NCBI GenBank assembly: GCA_951406725.2 | Contig: OX597817.1 | Coordinates: forward strand, 59,458,001 to 59,522,000 | Direction: 5' to 3' | DNA from: Octopus vulgaris | Lineage: Eukaryota | DNA: 64,000 nucleotides | In this document: one piece after another, positions 39,548 to 53,745 of the stretch | Position numbering within the stretch: the stretch's first letter is position 1 | How the letters are laid out: every line of letters starts with the position of its first letter | Notes under the pieces: generated by a model | What the model saw: only the letters and a program-made list of their open reading frames with translations | The model's database searches: none | Told to the model about the DNA's origin: nothing | Program-made: the position numbers and the translations under genes

Positions 39548-39947
39548 ACTAGCAGTATAGCCCAGCGTTGCACGGGCTTGTTTTCTTTTCGACCCTTTAG
39601 AATTGGAATTTTTGAAAAGTAAAAATTTTGCTTTATGTAGCTTGTTATTCTCTTTTAGTGAACATTTTTCTGGTTGAAAAACACCGAAAAATAGCAACAC
39701 AGCAGTAAAAAAAACATAAAGAAATAGGGATTTTCATAGAAAAAAAGCACCCTTTTGATGTAAATAATTTTTGGTGTTAACATGGTCTGATTTGAATTTT
39801 CTCTTCTACGGAGGGAAGAGCAAGCCTTCTTCTATCATACTCTCAATTTTGGTCAACTTGCGCTGCAGGGTCTCGGAGGAGATAGTGTTAGTTGAAGGCT
39901 GCCAAACCTGCCATACACAGACAACTTCAGCTTTATATAGACAGAGA
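39548..39947 (-). mobile_element. Non-autonomous Helitron-like element
   Basis: The minus strand starts TC and ends with the hairpin CCCGTGCAACGCTGGG followed by CTAG-T. Second copy at 50636. Confidence 0.75.
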
Positions 39948-41461
39948 AATTAGATGATATAAAATTATGGTGAAAGAAATTATTCAACTTATTTTAAAAT
40001 AGTGAATACCATTCTCTTTCTTTTATAAATTTTCATTAAATTTTATTACAGGAACTCTGTCTAATCGAAATCCAGATTTTTTTTGAAAAATGAAATGCAA
40101 GGGTTTCTCAAAACAGCTTTTTAGCAAATATTGCCTGAACTTATTTGAAGCTTTTGGTTTTGAGCTGTCTCCTCGATAATAGATGTTATGCTCATCATTT
40201 TAAGCCTATTAACACTTTAGTACTGTAGTAATAGTTGCAGTAATATATGGGAAGTGATTTATAGCAAAACTGGGTGTGTATGTAACCTATTTACAGTCAG
40301 GGTGACTGAGCCATTAAAATTAAATGTTTCAGTCGAGTCAACTTATCTGCTTTTGTTTGTTAATGAATTAGTCAGAAGAAGAGGATCGACAACAGAGTTA
40401 ATTACGTTTACTCGGCCTTCAAATTGCTAATGAGACTTAGACAGTTGCTGTTTAGTTTGAACATCCATAGATCAATATTTACGAGTAAGGAACTCGGACA
40501 GTGATGGTAGTGGTGGTGTTGGTGAGAGAAGCAGGACTCGATGAAGGATTTAGTGTACAGGATCCGAAACGAAATGACACATGTAGTTGGACTGACAGAC
40601 GGAGAAGAGATAGCAAGGTGACATAGACCTGGTTAGAGAGGTCACGCTACAAGTCGGCTCAGAGTTATTGTTGTACAAACAATGGCCGTGGTCGTGAGAG
40701 TAAACCGTGTCTATAAACTCACCATTGTGTCACATTGGTGAGTGAAGCATTGCTGCTATTAATATAATTTATTAGCATTCTAATTAACTTGACTGGTTGT
40801 GTAACTTGTCGGCTCAATTAAAATTAGTTCATAACCAGCCTCCATCAGTTATCTCCCTTCCTACATATCTTTTTCAATTTTGGTTGATCTGATTTCCACA
40901 GAAGCGTGTTTTTTTTAATTTTGTTATTGGTTTAGTGTTGTCATTTATTGTTATTGTGGTTGTTTTGTTTTTACTTTGTTTTCTTTATATTGCATTGTCA
41001 GATAAATTCCTTCATTTTTTCCCCTCTTGGTACTTCATTGTCATATCTCTAAAAAAAATTAAAAAGGTAGAATTTACTCAAATTTCAAAAACAATAAGCA
41101 GAAGTTGTAGGTGAAGAACAGAACTAACAGAACCCCCTAAAATATACCGATAAAAACACTTTTTGTGTCAATTAAAATAACATTGGAAAGGATTGAAATC
41201 AATGATAGTGATGATAATAATATTAATGATGTTGATGATGAAATTATTGTGTATAGTGACTAGCTCCCATGCTGGTGGCACGTAAAAAACACCCACTACA
41301 CTCTCAGACTGGTTGGTGTTAGAAGGGCATCCAGCTGTAGAAACATCGCCAGATCAGATTGGAGCCTGGTGCAGCCTTCATGGCTTACCAGACCTCAGTC
41401 AAACCGTCCAACCCATACCAGCATGGAAAACAGACGTTAAACGACGATGATGATGAGGATA

Positions 41462-41493
<32 letters not shown>

Positions 41494-42616
41494 CACACAC
41501 ATAAGGATAAGCATTTTAAAAGGTGTCCGTTAGAAAACTCATTTAAATAAAAGGGGTCCTTGGTAGTGAAAAGGTTGGGAACCAATGTCATAGAGTGTCT
41601 GCTGGATGGTGCATTTTTCATGCCACTGCAAGACAGAAGAGAACAGAGAAAGGGAGGAGATGCTCCCACTACTAAGGAGAGGTATTTGGGAGGGAAAGGT
41701 GGAGGTGAGTGGCTGTGTGCCAGGTGTTGAAAGGCTGAAGCATGAGAGAGGAACAAGCACAGGTGTTGTGCTATAGAGGAAAAATATGGGTGAAGGAGAT
41801 AAAGGGAAGGTAGTGATGAGGTACTAGAACAAAACTCTCAAGGAACAAGGACAAAGAAAGTGAGCATCAGAGAAGACAAATATGGTGGACCATGGGAAGG
41901 GATGAAAAAAATGGATGTTTTCATAAGAGTGTGAAGAAGGAGTCAGGTTTCTTGGGACTGTGTTCTATGGCTGGATGTCCTTCCTGATGCTGACTTTGGT
42001 TTCCTTGCAAGATATTCTGTTCCACATCTTAGTGTGTTAAAATGCAAGAATGCTGGATGTTTTGTTTAGGAATTACATAGGCACAGGCATGGCTGTGTGG
42101 TAAGTAGCCTACTTACCAACCACATGGTTCTGGGTTTGGTCCCACTGCATGGCATCTTGGATAAGTGTCTTCTATTATAGCCTCGGCCTGATCAAAGCCT
42201 TGTGAGTGGATTTGGTAGATTGAAACTGAAAGAAGCCTATCGTATATGTGCGTGTGTATATGTTTGTATATATGTGTGTTTGTGATTGTCCCCCCCCCCA
42301 CCGCAACAATGTTGGTGTGTTTATGTCCCCATAACCTAGCGGTTCAGCAAAAGAGACCAATAGGATAAGTACTAGGCTTACAGAAAATAAGTCCTGGGGC
42401 CGATCTGTTCGACTAAAGGCATGGTCGCAGTCAAATGACTAAAACAAATAAAAGAATACCAGCATGACTATGTGGTAAGAAGTTTGCTTCCTAACCACAT
42501 GGTTCTGGGTTCAGTCCCACTGCGTGGCACCTTGGGCAAGTGTCTTCTACAATAACCTTGGGCTGACCAAATCTTTGTGAATGGATTTGGCAAACAGAAA
42601 CTGAAAGAAGCCCATT

Positions 42617-42647
<31 letters not shown>

Positions 42648-43685
42648 CTAAACTCTGCTTGCGAAGACCTGATGGGCAAGTGAAATCGAAATTGAACCAA
42701 ATTCGATGACTGGCACCCGTGACAGTGGAGCGCTAACAGCTCCATCCAAGCGGGATCACTGCCAGAGCAGGTGTCTGGCACGTAAAGAGCACCATTTGAG
42801 CGTGATCGTTGTCAGCATCGCCTCACTGGCACGCGAACAAAACATTCGAGTGAGGTCGTTGCCAGTGCTGCTGGACTGACTCCTGTGCAGGTGGCACGTA
42901 AAAAACACCATTTTCGAGTGTGGTAGTTACCAGTACTGCCAAACTGGCCCTAATGTCGGTGGCACTTTAAAAGCACCCACTACACTCTCGGAGTGGTTGG
43001 TGTTAGGAAGGGCATCCAGCTGTAGAAACTCTGCCAGATCAGATTGGAGCCTGGCGCAGCCATCTTGTTTGCCAGTCCTCAGTCAAATTGTCCAACCCAT
43101 GCCAGCATAGAAAGTGGACGTTAAACGATGATGATGATGATGTATATATATGTCTGTATGAGTTAGAGGTTAAGAAACCATCTAAGGGAATTAAATATCC
43201 AAAATACTACTGGATGTGTACCTTTAATAAATAGATAGATGCAGGAGTGGCTGTGTGGTAAGTAGCTTACTTACCAACCGCATGGTTCCGTGTTCAGTCC
43301 CACTGTGTGGCACCTTGAGCAAGTGTCTTCTACTATAGCTTCGGGCCAACTAAAGCCTTGTGAGTGGATTTAGTAGACGGAAACTGACAAGCGCCCGTCA
43401 TATATGTATATGTTTGTGTGTCTGTGTTTGTCCCCCCAACATCGCTTGACAACCGATGCTGGTGTGTGTATGTCCCCGTCACTTAGTGGTTTGGCAAGAG
43501 AGAATGATAGAATAAATACTAGGCTTACAAAGAATAAGTCCTGGGGGTGATTTGCTCGACTAAAGGTGGTGCTCCAGCATGGCTACAGTCAGATGACTGA
43601 AACAAATAAAAGAATAAAAGATATAATGGAATGTTTACTGGCTGATGTTTGTCGATTTTATATCCTCTACATTTTCTTATTTGCA

Positions 43686-43788
<103 letters not shown>

Positions 43789-43841
43789 ATATATATATAT
43801 ATATATATATATACTTTATTTAAAGCACCAGAAAATTCAAC

Positions 43842-43888
43842 AAAACCTGTTACTCTGAGTTTCATGTTCCCGTTCGTCAGACGGTTTT
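43842..43888 (-). ncRNA. Minimal hammerhead motif
   Basis: AAAACCGT|CTGACGA|ACG ggaa CAT|GAAA CTCAGAG TA|ACAGGTTTT. Core intact, one stem II mismatch. Confidence 0.72.
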
Positions 43889-43895
43889 TGCTAGA

Positions 43896-43943
43896 AAAAT
43901 CTGTCCGACGAACGGGAACGTGAAACTCAGAGTAACAGGTTTT
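43896..43943 (+). ncRNA. Minimal hammerhead motif (U4C)
   Basis: AAAATCTGT|CCGACGA|ACG ggaa CGT|GAAA CTCAGAG TA|ACAGGTTTT. Stem I is 9 bp. Confidence 0.72.
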
Positions 43944-44041
43944 GTTGAATTTTCTGCTGCTTTAAATAAAGCATATTACTCTACCACTGGTATTTGAGTA
44001 CTCTTTTTTCCACCTTGTTTCACATTTATGTGTTTACTCCG

Positions 44042-44096
<55 letters not shown>

Positions 44097-46973
44097 CGTA
44101 AAATATATATAGGGTAGCGAATATTTTTAGAAATTTCACCACCAGTGGCTTAGCATGTATAAAAAGTCTGTAGACAACATATCTTCAATATAAAATAGTG
44201 TACATTTAAACACAAGTTTAAAAAGTTTTAGTTTTCATTCCCTTCGAAAATTGCTTTTAAATGTGGTTTTGGTCGTTTTGATTGCTTCTTCTAGCGTGTA
44301 ATTACCTGTTAAAGGTAGTTTTCTCTTGTGTTTAAATGTACACTATGCTGGCATGGGTTGGACAGTTCAACAGGAGCTGGTAAGCGAAAGGGCTGCACCA
44401 AGCTCTGATGTATGCTTTGGCATGGTTTCTATGGCTGAATGCCTTTCCTAACACCAACCACTTTATGGAGTATATTGAGGACCTTTTACATTGCACTCAC
44501 ATCAGTGGGGTTACCAAGTGACTCAAGTCAAAGACAAAATCCAGTATTGATGAAGGGTGGGGAGTGGCTTTGTGCCAGGTGATGAGAGGTTGCAGAATGA
44601 TCTGGACAGATACAGGTGTGTTTTTGTGGGGGAGATTGCCTCGTGTAGAAAAGAGAGAGGAGAAAGAACATGATGCTGAAGATGTGTCTGGGAATATCGT
44701 CAAGGAGAGGAATATAGGTGAAAGGTCGACTTTGCCTTTCATCCTCTCGGGGTCTATAAATTAAGTACCAGTTACGCACTGGGGTCGATATAATCGATTT
44801 AATCCGTTTGTCTGTCCTTGTTTGTCTCCTCTGTGTTTAGCCCCTTGTGGGTAGTAAAGAAATAGGTAGAGAGGACTGAACAAGATGACTGGGTGGGTAA
44901 GACGGTGGTGCGCAAGGAGGGAGTGGGTGATAGAGGGGACGGGAATTCGGTGAATAGTGAATACGGGTGGAGGAAGGAGGTGGGTTAGGAAAATAAGTTG
45001 TGGGGGAGAGATTCGTCGGGGACAGGTTGTGTGTGCAGGGGTGCAGACATAAATAAACATACTTCCCCAAAATGTTGCTTTCCATTTCTGGATAGAAACA
45101 TGTTGCTGAAGTGTTTTAGGCAGATTCAAGGAGGTGAGACACGGTTAAATACGACAAGAAGACGTTGTGACTGAAGGGGAAGAAGAGGAGAGGTTATGCC
45201 GTGAAGGAGTTCAAAAGAGCCGAGGACATTGCAGCCGAGACGTGAGAAGCGAACAGAGGAAAGGACGTTCGTGAATCGGTGTTTGGTCGGTGGTAACAAT
45301 ATTGGTAAGTGAAATATTCATAAGCTGTAAAAATGACCTGATTTTAGATGCAGTCTCCAGAATGTCTGTGCATTGATGGAACCGACGCCGGCCCCTTACA
45401 TGTGAGTCCTATTTCAATAAGATTTTACTTAGGATTCAGCAACAGATCACAGACGAACTATTTACCGTGGAAATAGATTTTTCTACGTTCAATATTTATC
45501 GAAGCTCAATTTCTATTGGTTTCATATGAATTTGCTTCTTCAAAAATATTCTTTGATTGACAGATTAATCATTAGAGAGTCGTAGGGTTTCTAAACAACA
45601 TTTTTTTGGAGGAGGGGGGTCTTTTTTCGTATCAACTTCACACCATTTTAACTCTTTTGTCGCCGTATTTCTGTTGAAATACGCAGCCTTTGTCTCAATT
45701 AATTTTGAGAATAATGAAGAATTTAGTCAAATAACTTTGTCGTTGCTAATCTGGTATCCAAAGAGATGAATTTTGATGGACAGTTTTAATTTAGATGACT
45801 TAAAAACAATAAATTTGTATCGTAGAACCAGAGGGCCGACTCAGGTGGGTTGGTATCAAATGGGATGACGCTTATACGTAATGCAATAAAAGACTATTCA
45901 AAAAATAATGAGAGAGAGTATATCTGTTGGATTATCTCTGTTTCCATCGATATTTTAACTTTGGTCTAGTTTATAAAACGAAATGATAAATATTGTAAAA
46001 AAAAAACTATCAAACGATTTAAGTATAAAAACAATACATTTCAAATTTATTGGAAAAGAACACAATTTGCTAAAATAAACTTGATAAAATGCTTAAAAAA
46101 AAAGAAATAAGTAAATAAAATATAACACAAATCGATGGACACCCCTTTTAAACATCGCACTGGGGTAGGGACACAGAAATGCTTATCTCTTAATTAAGTG
46201 GGGTTTTTTAAATTTTTATATACTATCCACTGCATCAGATAGATTTTATGTATGTATAACTGTCATATTTTAAGGTATTAATTTCTTTTTTTTATTATTG
46301 GTAAGCGTCGTATTATGTTTCTAATCAAACGCTAATTGGCTCTGAAAAAGTAAAAAACAAAAAAAACGGGGAGAAGAGAATGGCATCATTATCTCCCTTT
46401 ATACGCTTTACTCCAGAATTTGGCGTCTCTGTGCGTGAACGCGCGTGGGTTAACGCTGAATCGTTAACATTCCGGACCAAATACTTGGTGGCGTTTTGTC
46501 TGTCTTTATGTTCTGGGTTCAAATTCCGCCGAGGTCGATAACATAAGTAGCAGTTGAACACTGGAATCGATGTAATCGACTCATCCCCTACTCCAAATAT
46601 GGCTCCCCTTGGGGAAAAATTTGGAACAATTATTAATCGGCAGAAATTACGAAGCAACTCGAGTTTTGTGTATTAGAATTTATTAATGCACCAAATGCTC
46701 GGCCCTTGGGTTACCTCAGCATCTTTTACGTTTATTAATAATATATATATACAAGATAGAACTCAAACTATGAGTGTGTGTGTGTGTGTGTGTGTGTGTA
46801 TAGGAGTGGCTGTGTGGTAAGTTGCTTGCTTACCAACCACATGGTTCCGGATTCAGTCCCATTGCGTGGCACCTTGGGCAAGTGTCTTTTACTATAGAAT
46901 GGGGTTAGGGTTAGGGCTGACCAAAGCCTTGTGAGACGGAAACTGAAAGAAGCCCGTCGTATATATTTGTATG

Positions 46974-47050
<77 letters not shown>

Positions 47051-47284
47051 ATGTATGTGTGCGTGTATGTTTATGTGTCTGTGTTTGTCCCCCCAACATC
47101 GCTAGACAACTGATGCTGGTGTGTTTACGTCCCTGTCACTTAGCGGTTCAGCAAAAGGAAACCGATTGAATAAGTACTAGGCTTCCAAAGAATAAGTCCT
47201 GGGGTCGATTTGCTCGACTAAATGCGGTGCTCCAGCATGGTCGCAGTCGACTGAAACAAGTAAAAGAATATATATATATATATG

Positions 47285-47403
<119 letters not shown>

Positions 47404-50109
47404 TTCATAGTTTGAGTTGTATCTTGTTTGCATTACCAAACCTTCCACACACACATTTAGTTCAAAACAAACTGACATTTGTCAAGTTTCTATTTTTACG
47501 TCTCCTTTGTTTTCTGTTAGAAAATCTCTATTTCTTTCAAGATATTTATTGAACAACAACATTGTAGGTGTTTCTGTCTGCAGCAAGATGTATCCTGCCT
47601 CTTCTTGATTGTCCTAGGCTTATGAGCTGTTAACCTTGAACCAGCTTCCAGCCTAAAAATATTGGGCTTCTTTTCAGGTCTCTTTTTTTTCTTTTCTTTT
47701 ATAAATAAAAAATAAATAAATAAAATGCAAATTTCAAAAATAAAAATTAGAACGTCATCATCATCATCGTTTAACGTCCGTTTTCCGTGCTAGCACAGGT
47801 TGGACGGTTCGACCGGGGTTTGGGAAGCCAGGAGGCTGCACCACGCTCCAGTCTGATCTGGCAGTGTTTCTACAGCTGGAGACCCTTCCTAACGCCAACC
47901 ACTCCGTGAGTGTAGTGGGTGCTTTTTACTTGCCACTGGCACTGGTGCCAGGGCAGGCTGGGAGCAGCCACGATCAGTTGGTGCTTTTTACGTGCCACCG
48001 GCACAGGTATCACAACTACAATTTCCATTTGATATTTATTTTGATGTTGATGTACTTGACTCAGTAGGTCTCCTCAAGCACAGCAGGTCATGTGCTAGCG
48101 GCACAGAAGCCAGTCAAAGCAGAGCTGGCATCAGCCACATTCGGATGGTGCTTTTTACGTGCCGCGGGCACAGGACAATGATGCATTTTTATTTCTAAAC
48201 TTTGAAAAGAAAAAGTAAATTAAAATAAGCAATTTCCAAAAACAGTAAAAAGAAGAAACCTTTTTAATTTCCAACTATTAATTGTATTTATAATAATTTA
48301 GTGAAGAAACAATTTTTTCTCCATTTTCTTGGTGTGTAATTTGTAAATTATTTATTGAATTATTGCAGATAGAATTAACAGTTTTATTTTAATGAAATTC
48401 TTTCATTCTTTGTTTATTTCTATAATTTTTTTTTTTTCGGTATTATAAAAAATTAAATTGATGTTACAGGTGTGGCTGTGTGGTATGAAGCTTGCTTTCC
48501 AATTACATGGTTCCGGGTTCAGCCCCATTGCATGGCACCTTGGACAAGTGGATTTGGTAGACGGAAACTGGAAGAAGCCTGTCATATATATGTGTATGTA
48601 TGTATGTATGTATATATTTGTGTGTCTGTCCTCCTGCCATTGCTTGACAGTTCAGCAAAAGAGACTGATAGAATAAATTCTAGGCTTACAAAGAATAAGT
48701 CCTGGGGTTGATTTTTTCAACAAGGCAGTGCTCTAGCATGGCCACAGTCAAATGACTGAAACAAGTAAAAGAATTAAAGAATGTGACTTCAAAGTCCCAT
48801 CAGCACTTGCTTTTCCATGTTCACGTGGTTCAGACGGAAGGTGATGAGGTAGTTTTTCTATAGCTAAATGCCCTTCCTGTCACAAGCCCTCACCTGTTTC
48901 CAAATAAGGTGACCCTATCAAACCATCCAACACATGGCAACATGGAAAATGATGATGATGAATCCAAGTCACCTGCACCCACCTAGGCTCCAACACTTTC
49001 ATACCCTCACCTTTGGCATACTTTCCAGCTTCTCATCAACACTCCAAGCTCTTCTGCAGGCTAATGTGACTCACATGGCACATCATGTGATTGGTTTTTT
49101 TCCCCTTTGGCCTCCCCTCACGTAACTTCCATATTTTATACTCCACATCTTATCGACCCTGCATTGTCACATATTTCAGACATACCTGATACAGTTAACT
49201 CTTTGCACAAGAAGAGGGTATTTATCGGAGACTTGGATGGGTTCGTCATTTGCTGATGCCCATCAGTCCTTGACAGAATCTTGTTTATGTCTGAATGCAG
49301 GGATTCAGGTTCAATTCCCAGGCAGTGAGTTGGTGTTTGGAACTCTGCCAATATCCCTGCTGCAGTTCTCTAAAACTTCTTCCACAAATTCTTTTCTCTA
49401 ATTTATTTCCATTACAGCCATCTCCTTTCAGTTATGTCTAGGGAGCCATCTTAAGGATGCTTCTACAGGCACAGGCCCAGCTGTGTGGTTAAGAAGCTTG
49501 TTTTACAACCATGGGGTTTTCAGGTTCAGTCCCTCTATGCAGTACTTTGAGCAAGTATATCCTACTATAGACTAGGGCTGACCAATGCCTTGTGACTGAA
49601 TTTGGTAGAAAGGAACTGCAGAAACTTGTCATGTACGTGTGTGTGTGGGGGGGTCTGTCTGTCTCGTCCCCACCATCATGTACATGTGTATGCGTGTGTG
49701 TCTGTCTTGTCCCCACTCCCACCACTGCTTGACGACCAGAGTTAGTTTGTTTATGCCTCTGTAACTTAGAGGTTTGGCAAGAGAGACCTATATGATTAGT
49801 ACAAGACTTGAAAGTAAGTTCGAGGGGAGATGGTTGATCCATTCAACTAAAACCCTTGAAAGCGGTTCCCCAGCATGGCCACAGTCCAGTGACTGAAACA
49901 AGTTAAAGTTACAGCCAATTACGTCTCGACATCTGAAGTTTTTGTTCTCTAAGTTTTCTGACAATGTTTCCTGATGTATCATCTCTTGATTTACTGTTTT
50001 CCCCATTCTGTAAATGGTATTCAGTTCCAACATGTTTCCTTCCTACATGTTCAGTAACCCTAACTTCCCAAATGACCTCAGACGTGCTTTTTATTATTAA
50101 CAAACTCAT

Positions 50110-50338
50110 TTAACCCTTTCGTTACTGTATTTATTTTGAGATGCTCTCTGTTTCTTTCAATTACTTTAAATATAACAAAGAATTTAGTAAAATAACTTAG
50201 TTATCATTCAGCTAGTGTTAGGAACATAAATTATGACTATGGTTTGGTGGAAGATTTTAATTCAACACTTAAGAAAGCAAGACGTTTGTACAACAGAGCC
50301 AGAGCCGGTTTCAGCCAGGTTGGTAACGAAAGGGTTAA
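50110..50338. mobile_element. Intact piggyBac-type MITE
   Basis: TTAA|CCCTTTCGTTAC ... GTAACGAAAGGG|TTAA. A decayed copy lies at about 45648-45865. Confidence 0.88.
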
Positions 50339-50635
50339 GGTGGTGACCTGGCAGAATCATAAGAACCTTGGCCAAAATGGCATTTCTTCCAACTCTTTGC
50401 ATTTTGAGTTAAATGTCCACTGAGGTCCACTTTGCCCCTCATCCTTTCAGGGCTGATAATACAAAGTCCAGTCAAATACTAGGGCAGTGTAATTGATTTC
50501 TCCCTCCACTCAAAATGGTTGGCATTGTGCACAAAATTTGAAACCTTATATTAACAGACCATTTGTTTTCTGCCATATTCACCTGCAAATGTTTGTGCTT
50601 TATATCACGGTTCCAGGCTTGGAATTTTTCTCTAA

Positions 50636-51028
50636 TCTCTATATATATAAAGCTGAAGTTGTCCGTGTATGGCAGGTTTGGTAGCCTTCAACTAACACTA
50701 TCTCCTCCGAGACCCTGCGGTGCAAGTTGACCAAAATTGAGAGTATGATAGAAGAAGGCTGCTCTTCCTTCCATAGAAGAAAAAATTAAAATCGGACCAT
50801 GTTAACACCAAAAATTATTTACATCAAAAACATGCTTTTTTTCTATGAAAATACCTATTTTTACGATTTTTTTAACTGCTGTGTCACCATTTTTCGATGT
50901 ATTTCAACCAGAAAAATGTTCAATTAAAGAGAATAACAAGCTACATAATGAAAAATTTTTACTTTTCAAAAATTCCAATTCTAAAGGGTCGAAACAAACC
51001 TGAGCAATGCCGGGCAATACTGAAAGTT
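50636..51028 (+). mobile_element. Non-autonomous Helitron-like element, second copy
   Basis: Reverse complement of 39548-39947 with a decayed CTAG end. Confidence 0.72.
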
Positions 51029-53745
51029 TTTAATTAAATTCTGTTATCATCATCAAAGGCTCTCAAAGATATCCTTTCCTGGACCAATAATATAACCTCA
51101 ATAAAGTGGCGAACTGGCAGAATCGTTAGCATGCTGGATGAAATGCTTAATGGTATTTCACCCATTGCTATGTTCTGAGTTCAAAATCCACTGAGGTTGA
51201 CTTTGCTTTCATCCTTTCAGGGTCGATGAAATAAGTACCAGTCATGCACTGGGGTTGATGTAATCGACTATCCACCTTCCCCATATTTCAGGCCTTGAGC
51301 CTTTAGTAGAAAAGACTATTATAACCTCAGTTTTATACAAATATACATATATGTATAGGTGCAGGCATGGCTGTGTGGTAAAAAGTTTTCTTCCCAACTG
51401 TATGTTTCCAGGTTCAGTCCCAGTGGGTGACACACCTTGGGCAAGTGTCTTCTACACTTGCCTTGGGGCAACCAAAAGCCTTGTCAGTGGATTTGATAGA
51501 CAGAAACTGAAAGAAGCAGAAACGTTAACACGCCGGGTGAAATGTTTAGCAGTATTTCATCTGCCGTTACGTTCTGAATTCAAATTCCGCCGAGGCTGAC
51601 TTTGCCTTTCATCCTTTCGGGGTCGATTAAATAAGTACCAGTTATGCACTGGGGTCGATATAATCAACTTAATCCGTTTGTCTGTCCTTGTTTGTCCCTT
51701 CTATGTTTAGCCCCTTGTGGGCAATAAATAGGAAACTGAAAGAAGCCTGTCATGTGTGTGTGTCTTTGTGTCTATTTATGTCCCTGTAAGTTAGCAGTTT
51801 GGCAAAATAAACCAATAAACAATGCACCAAGTTTAAAATGAATATAAGACCTGGGGTCAGTGCATTCGATTAAAATTCTTCAGAACAGTGCCCCAGCATG
51901 GCCACAGTCTAATGACTGAAACAAGTAAAAGATAGAACATGAAAGATATTGTTTTATCATCATCATTGTCCTAATGTCCACTTTTCCGTTCTTGCATGGG
52001 TCAAATACGATTTCTTGAAGCAGATTTTCTATGGTTGAATGCCCGTCCTGCCGCTAACCCTCACCTATTTCCAAGCAAGATGATTATTTCCCCATCACAA
52101 GATATATTTCTATAGAATGTTGGAAATTAATGACACTAATTACAGGATTGGTAACGATCATTTGCAATTATCATGCAAAGTCAACGAAAGGAGATAGTAA
52201 GACACATACACATACATACACATACACACACACATACATGCACACGATTCACACACATGTGTGCATGCGCGCGTGTGTGTGTACAATGGACTTCCATGTA
52301 GTTTCCGTCTGCCAGTTTCACTCACAAGGCTTTGATTGGCCTGGAGTTGAAGTAGAGATCACTGGCCCAATGTGTCATGCAATGGAATTGAACCCAAAGC
52401 TATGCAGTTGGGAAATCACTATGCTGAGTTCCTTGTTTTTAGTTATTCAAATGATTAACGTCAGCCAGATGCAAAAGAATATAAAGGCAAAAATATTCAT
52501 GAACAAATAAAAATTTGATGAATTAAAATTTGATTGACTGCTGCAAAACTCATTACAAATGTATCAAGCATTTATTTGGTCAATTGTAACACTTGACATT
52601 TACATCTATTTACATTCAAAATCACATGATATTTTCATGTCTTCAGTATCATATGTATAGAACACATAAAAGTTAGAATATGACTATTGTTAATAAAGTT
52701 TTCGTGTTGATAAATAACTTAATTTTTTTTTTTTATCATATATGAATAAGCAGACTTTGCCGATGCTGGTGCCCCATAAAAAGCTCTCAGTCCATTCTGT
52801 AAAGTGGTTGGCATTAGGAAGGGCATCCAGCTGTAAAAACCATGCCAAAACTGACAGTAGAGCTTGGTGCAATCCCCTGGCTTGTCAACTCATGCCAAAC
52901 CATCCAACGTATGCAAGCAAGGAAAACGGACTTTAAATAATGATCATGTGGATGAGGATACCTGTCAAAGTATGACAAATACATGATGTGGAAAGCCATA
53001 TAAGGCACACATTTTTCCAAAAAATGTTTCAAAAAGTCACCCTGGGTCCTTTATGCATAGTTGGGCTTTCCATGAGCTTTAATTGCTGAAATTAGAATGT
53101 GTCTTTTACGCCATCAAATACAATAATGTAACCAGTTGAAAATTCTTTGATAATATTGATACAAATGTCTGCATGACTCCAGCACTTCTGACCTTTTGAT
53201 CAAATTTGTAAAGAATGTGTTGGTTAAATATTCTTACAGTCTTTTGCAATTTTTGGTCAGAGATGAAGAAAAATGCTGACAGGAGCAGTTATGAAAATAG
53301 ACAACAGATCAGGCAGAGCATGTAGGTCAGTGTCCACAGAATGTGTTTATGTATATTGCTTAGTCTGTGGATGGTAATATAGATATACGGTTACACTAGT
53401 ATTTATAAATATATGTCTAAATACCAGTATTTGGTTACAAGTAGATCTACGAGAATATATCCCCCATTGCTTTCATCATTTCTCAGTTTTGTTTCTGTGA
53501 AGAACCAAATAAATTCTCTGCGAGTATACACATGGCCTGCAAAATTCTTCAACAATTGGGATTTAATTGTGTGTGTGTGTGTGTGTGTTTGCATGTGTGC
53601 AAGCAGATTTTTCCAGGGTCAGTCCCATTGAGTGGCACCTTGGGCAAGTGCTTTCTACTGTAGCATCAATTTGATGAAAGCCTTGAGAGTGGATTTGCTG
53701 GATGGAAACTGAAAGAAACCCTTTATGTCTTTTATACATATATAT

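Larger units (their letters stand above)
43810..44045. mobile_element. Inverted-pair hammerhead element embedded in (TA)n
   Basis: Arms about 43810-43889 and 43895-43976, 5-nt loop, unique 70-bp extension on the right, TA tracts on both sides. Confidence 0.85.

Noticed and set aside
40535-40590. CTCGATGA A GGATTT..GGATCC GAAAC hammerhead-like string
   Set aside because: Core is altered and stems I and III are unconvincing.
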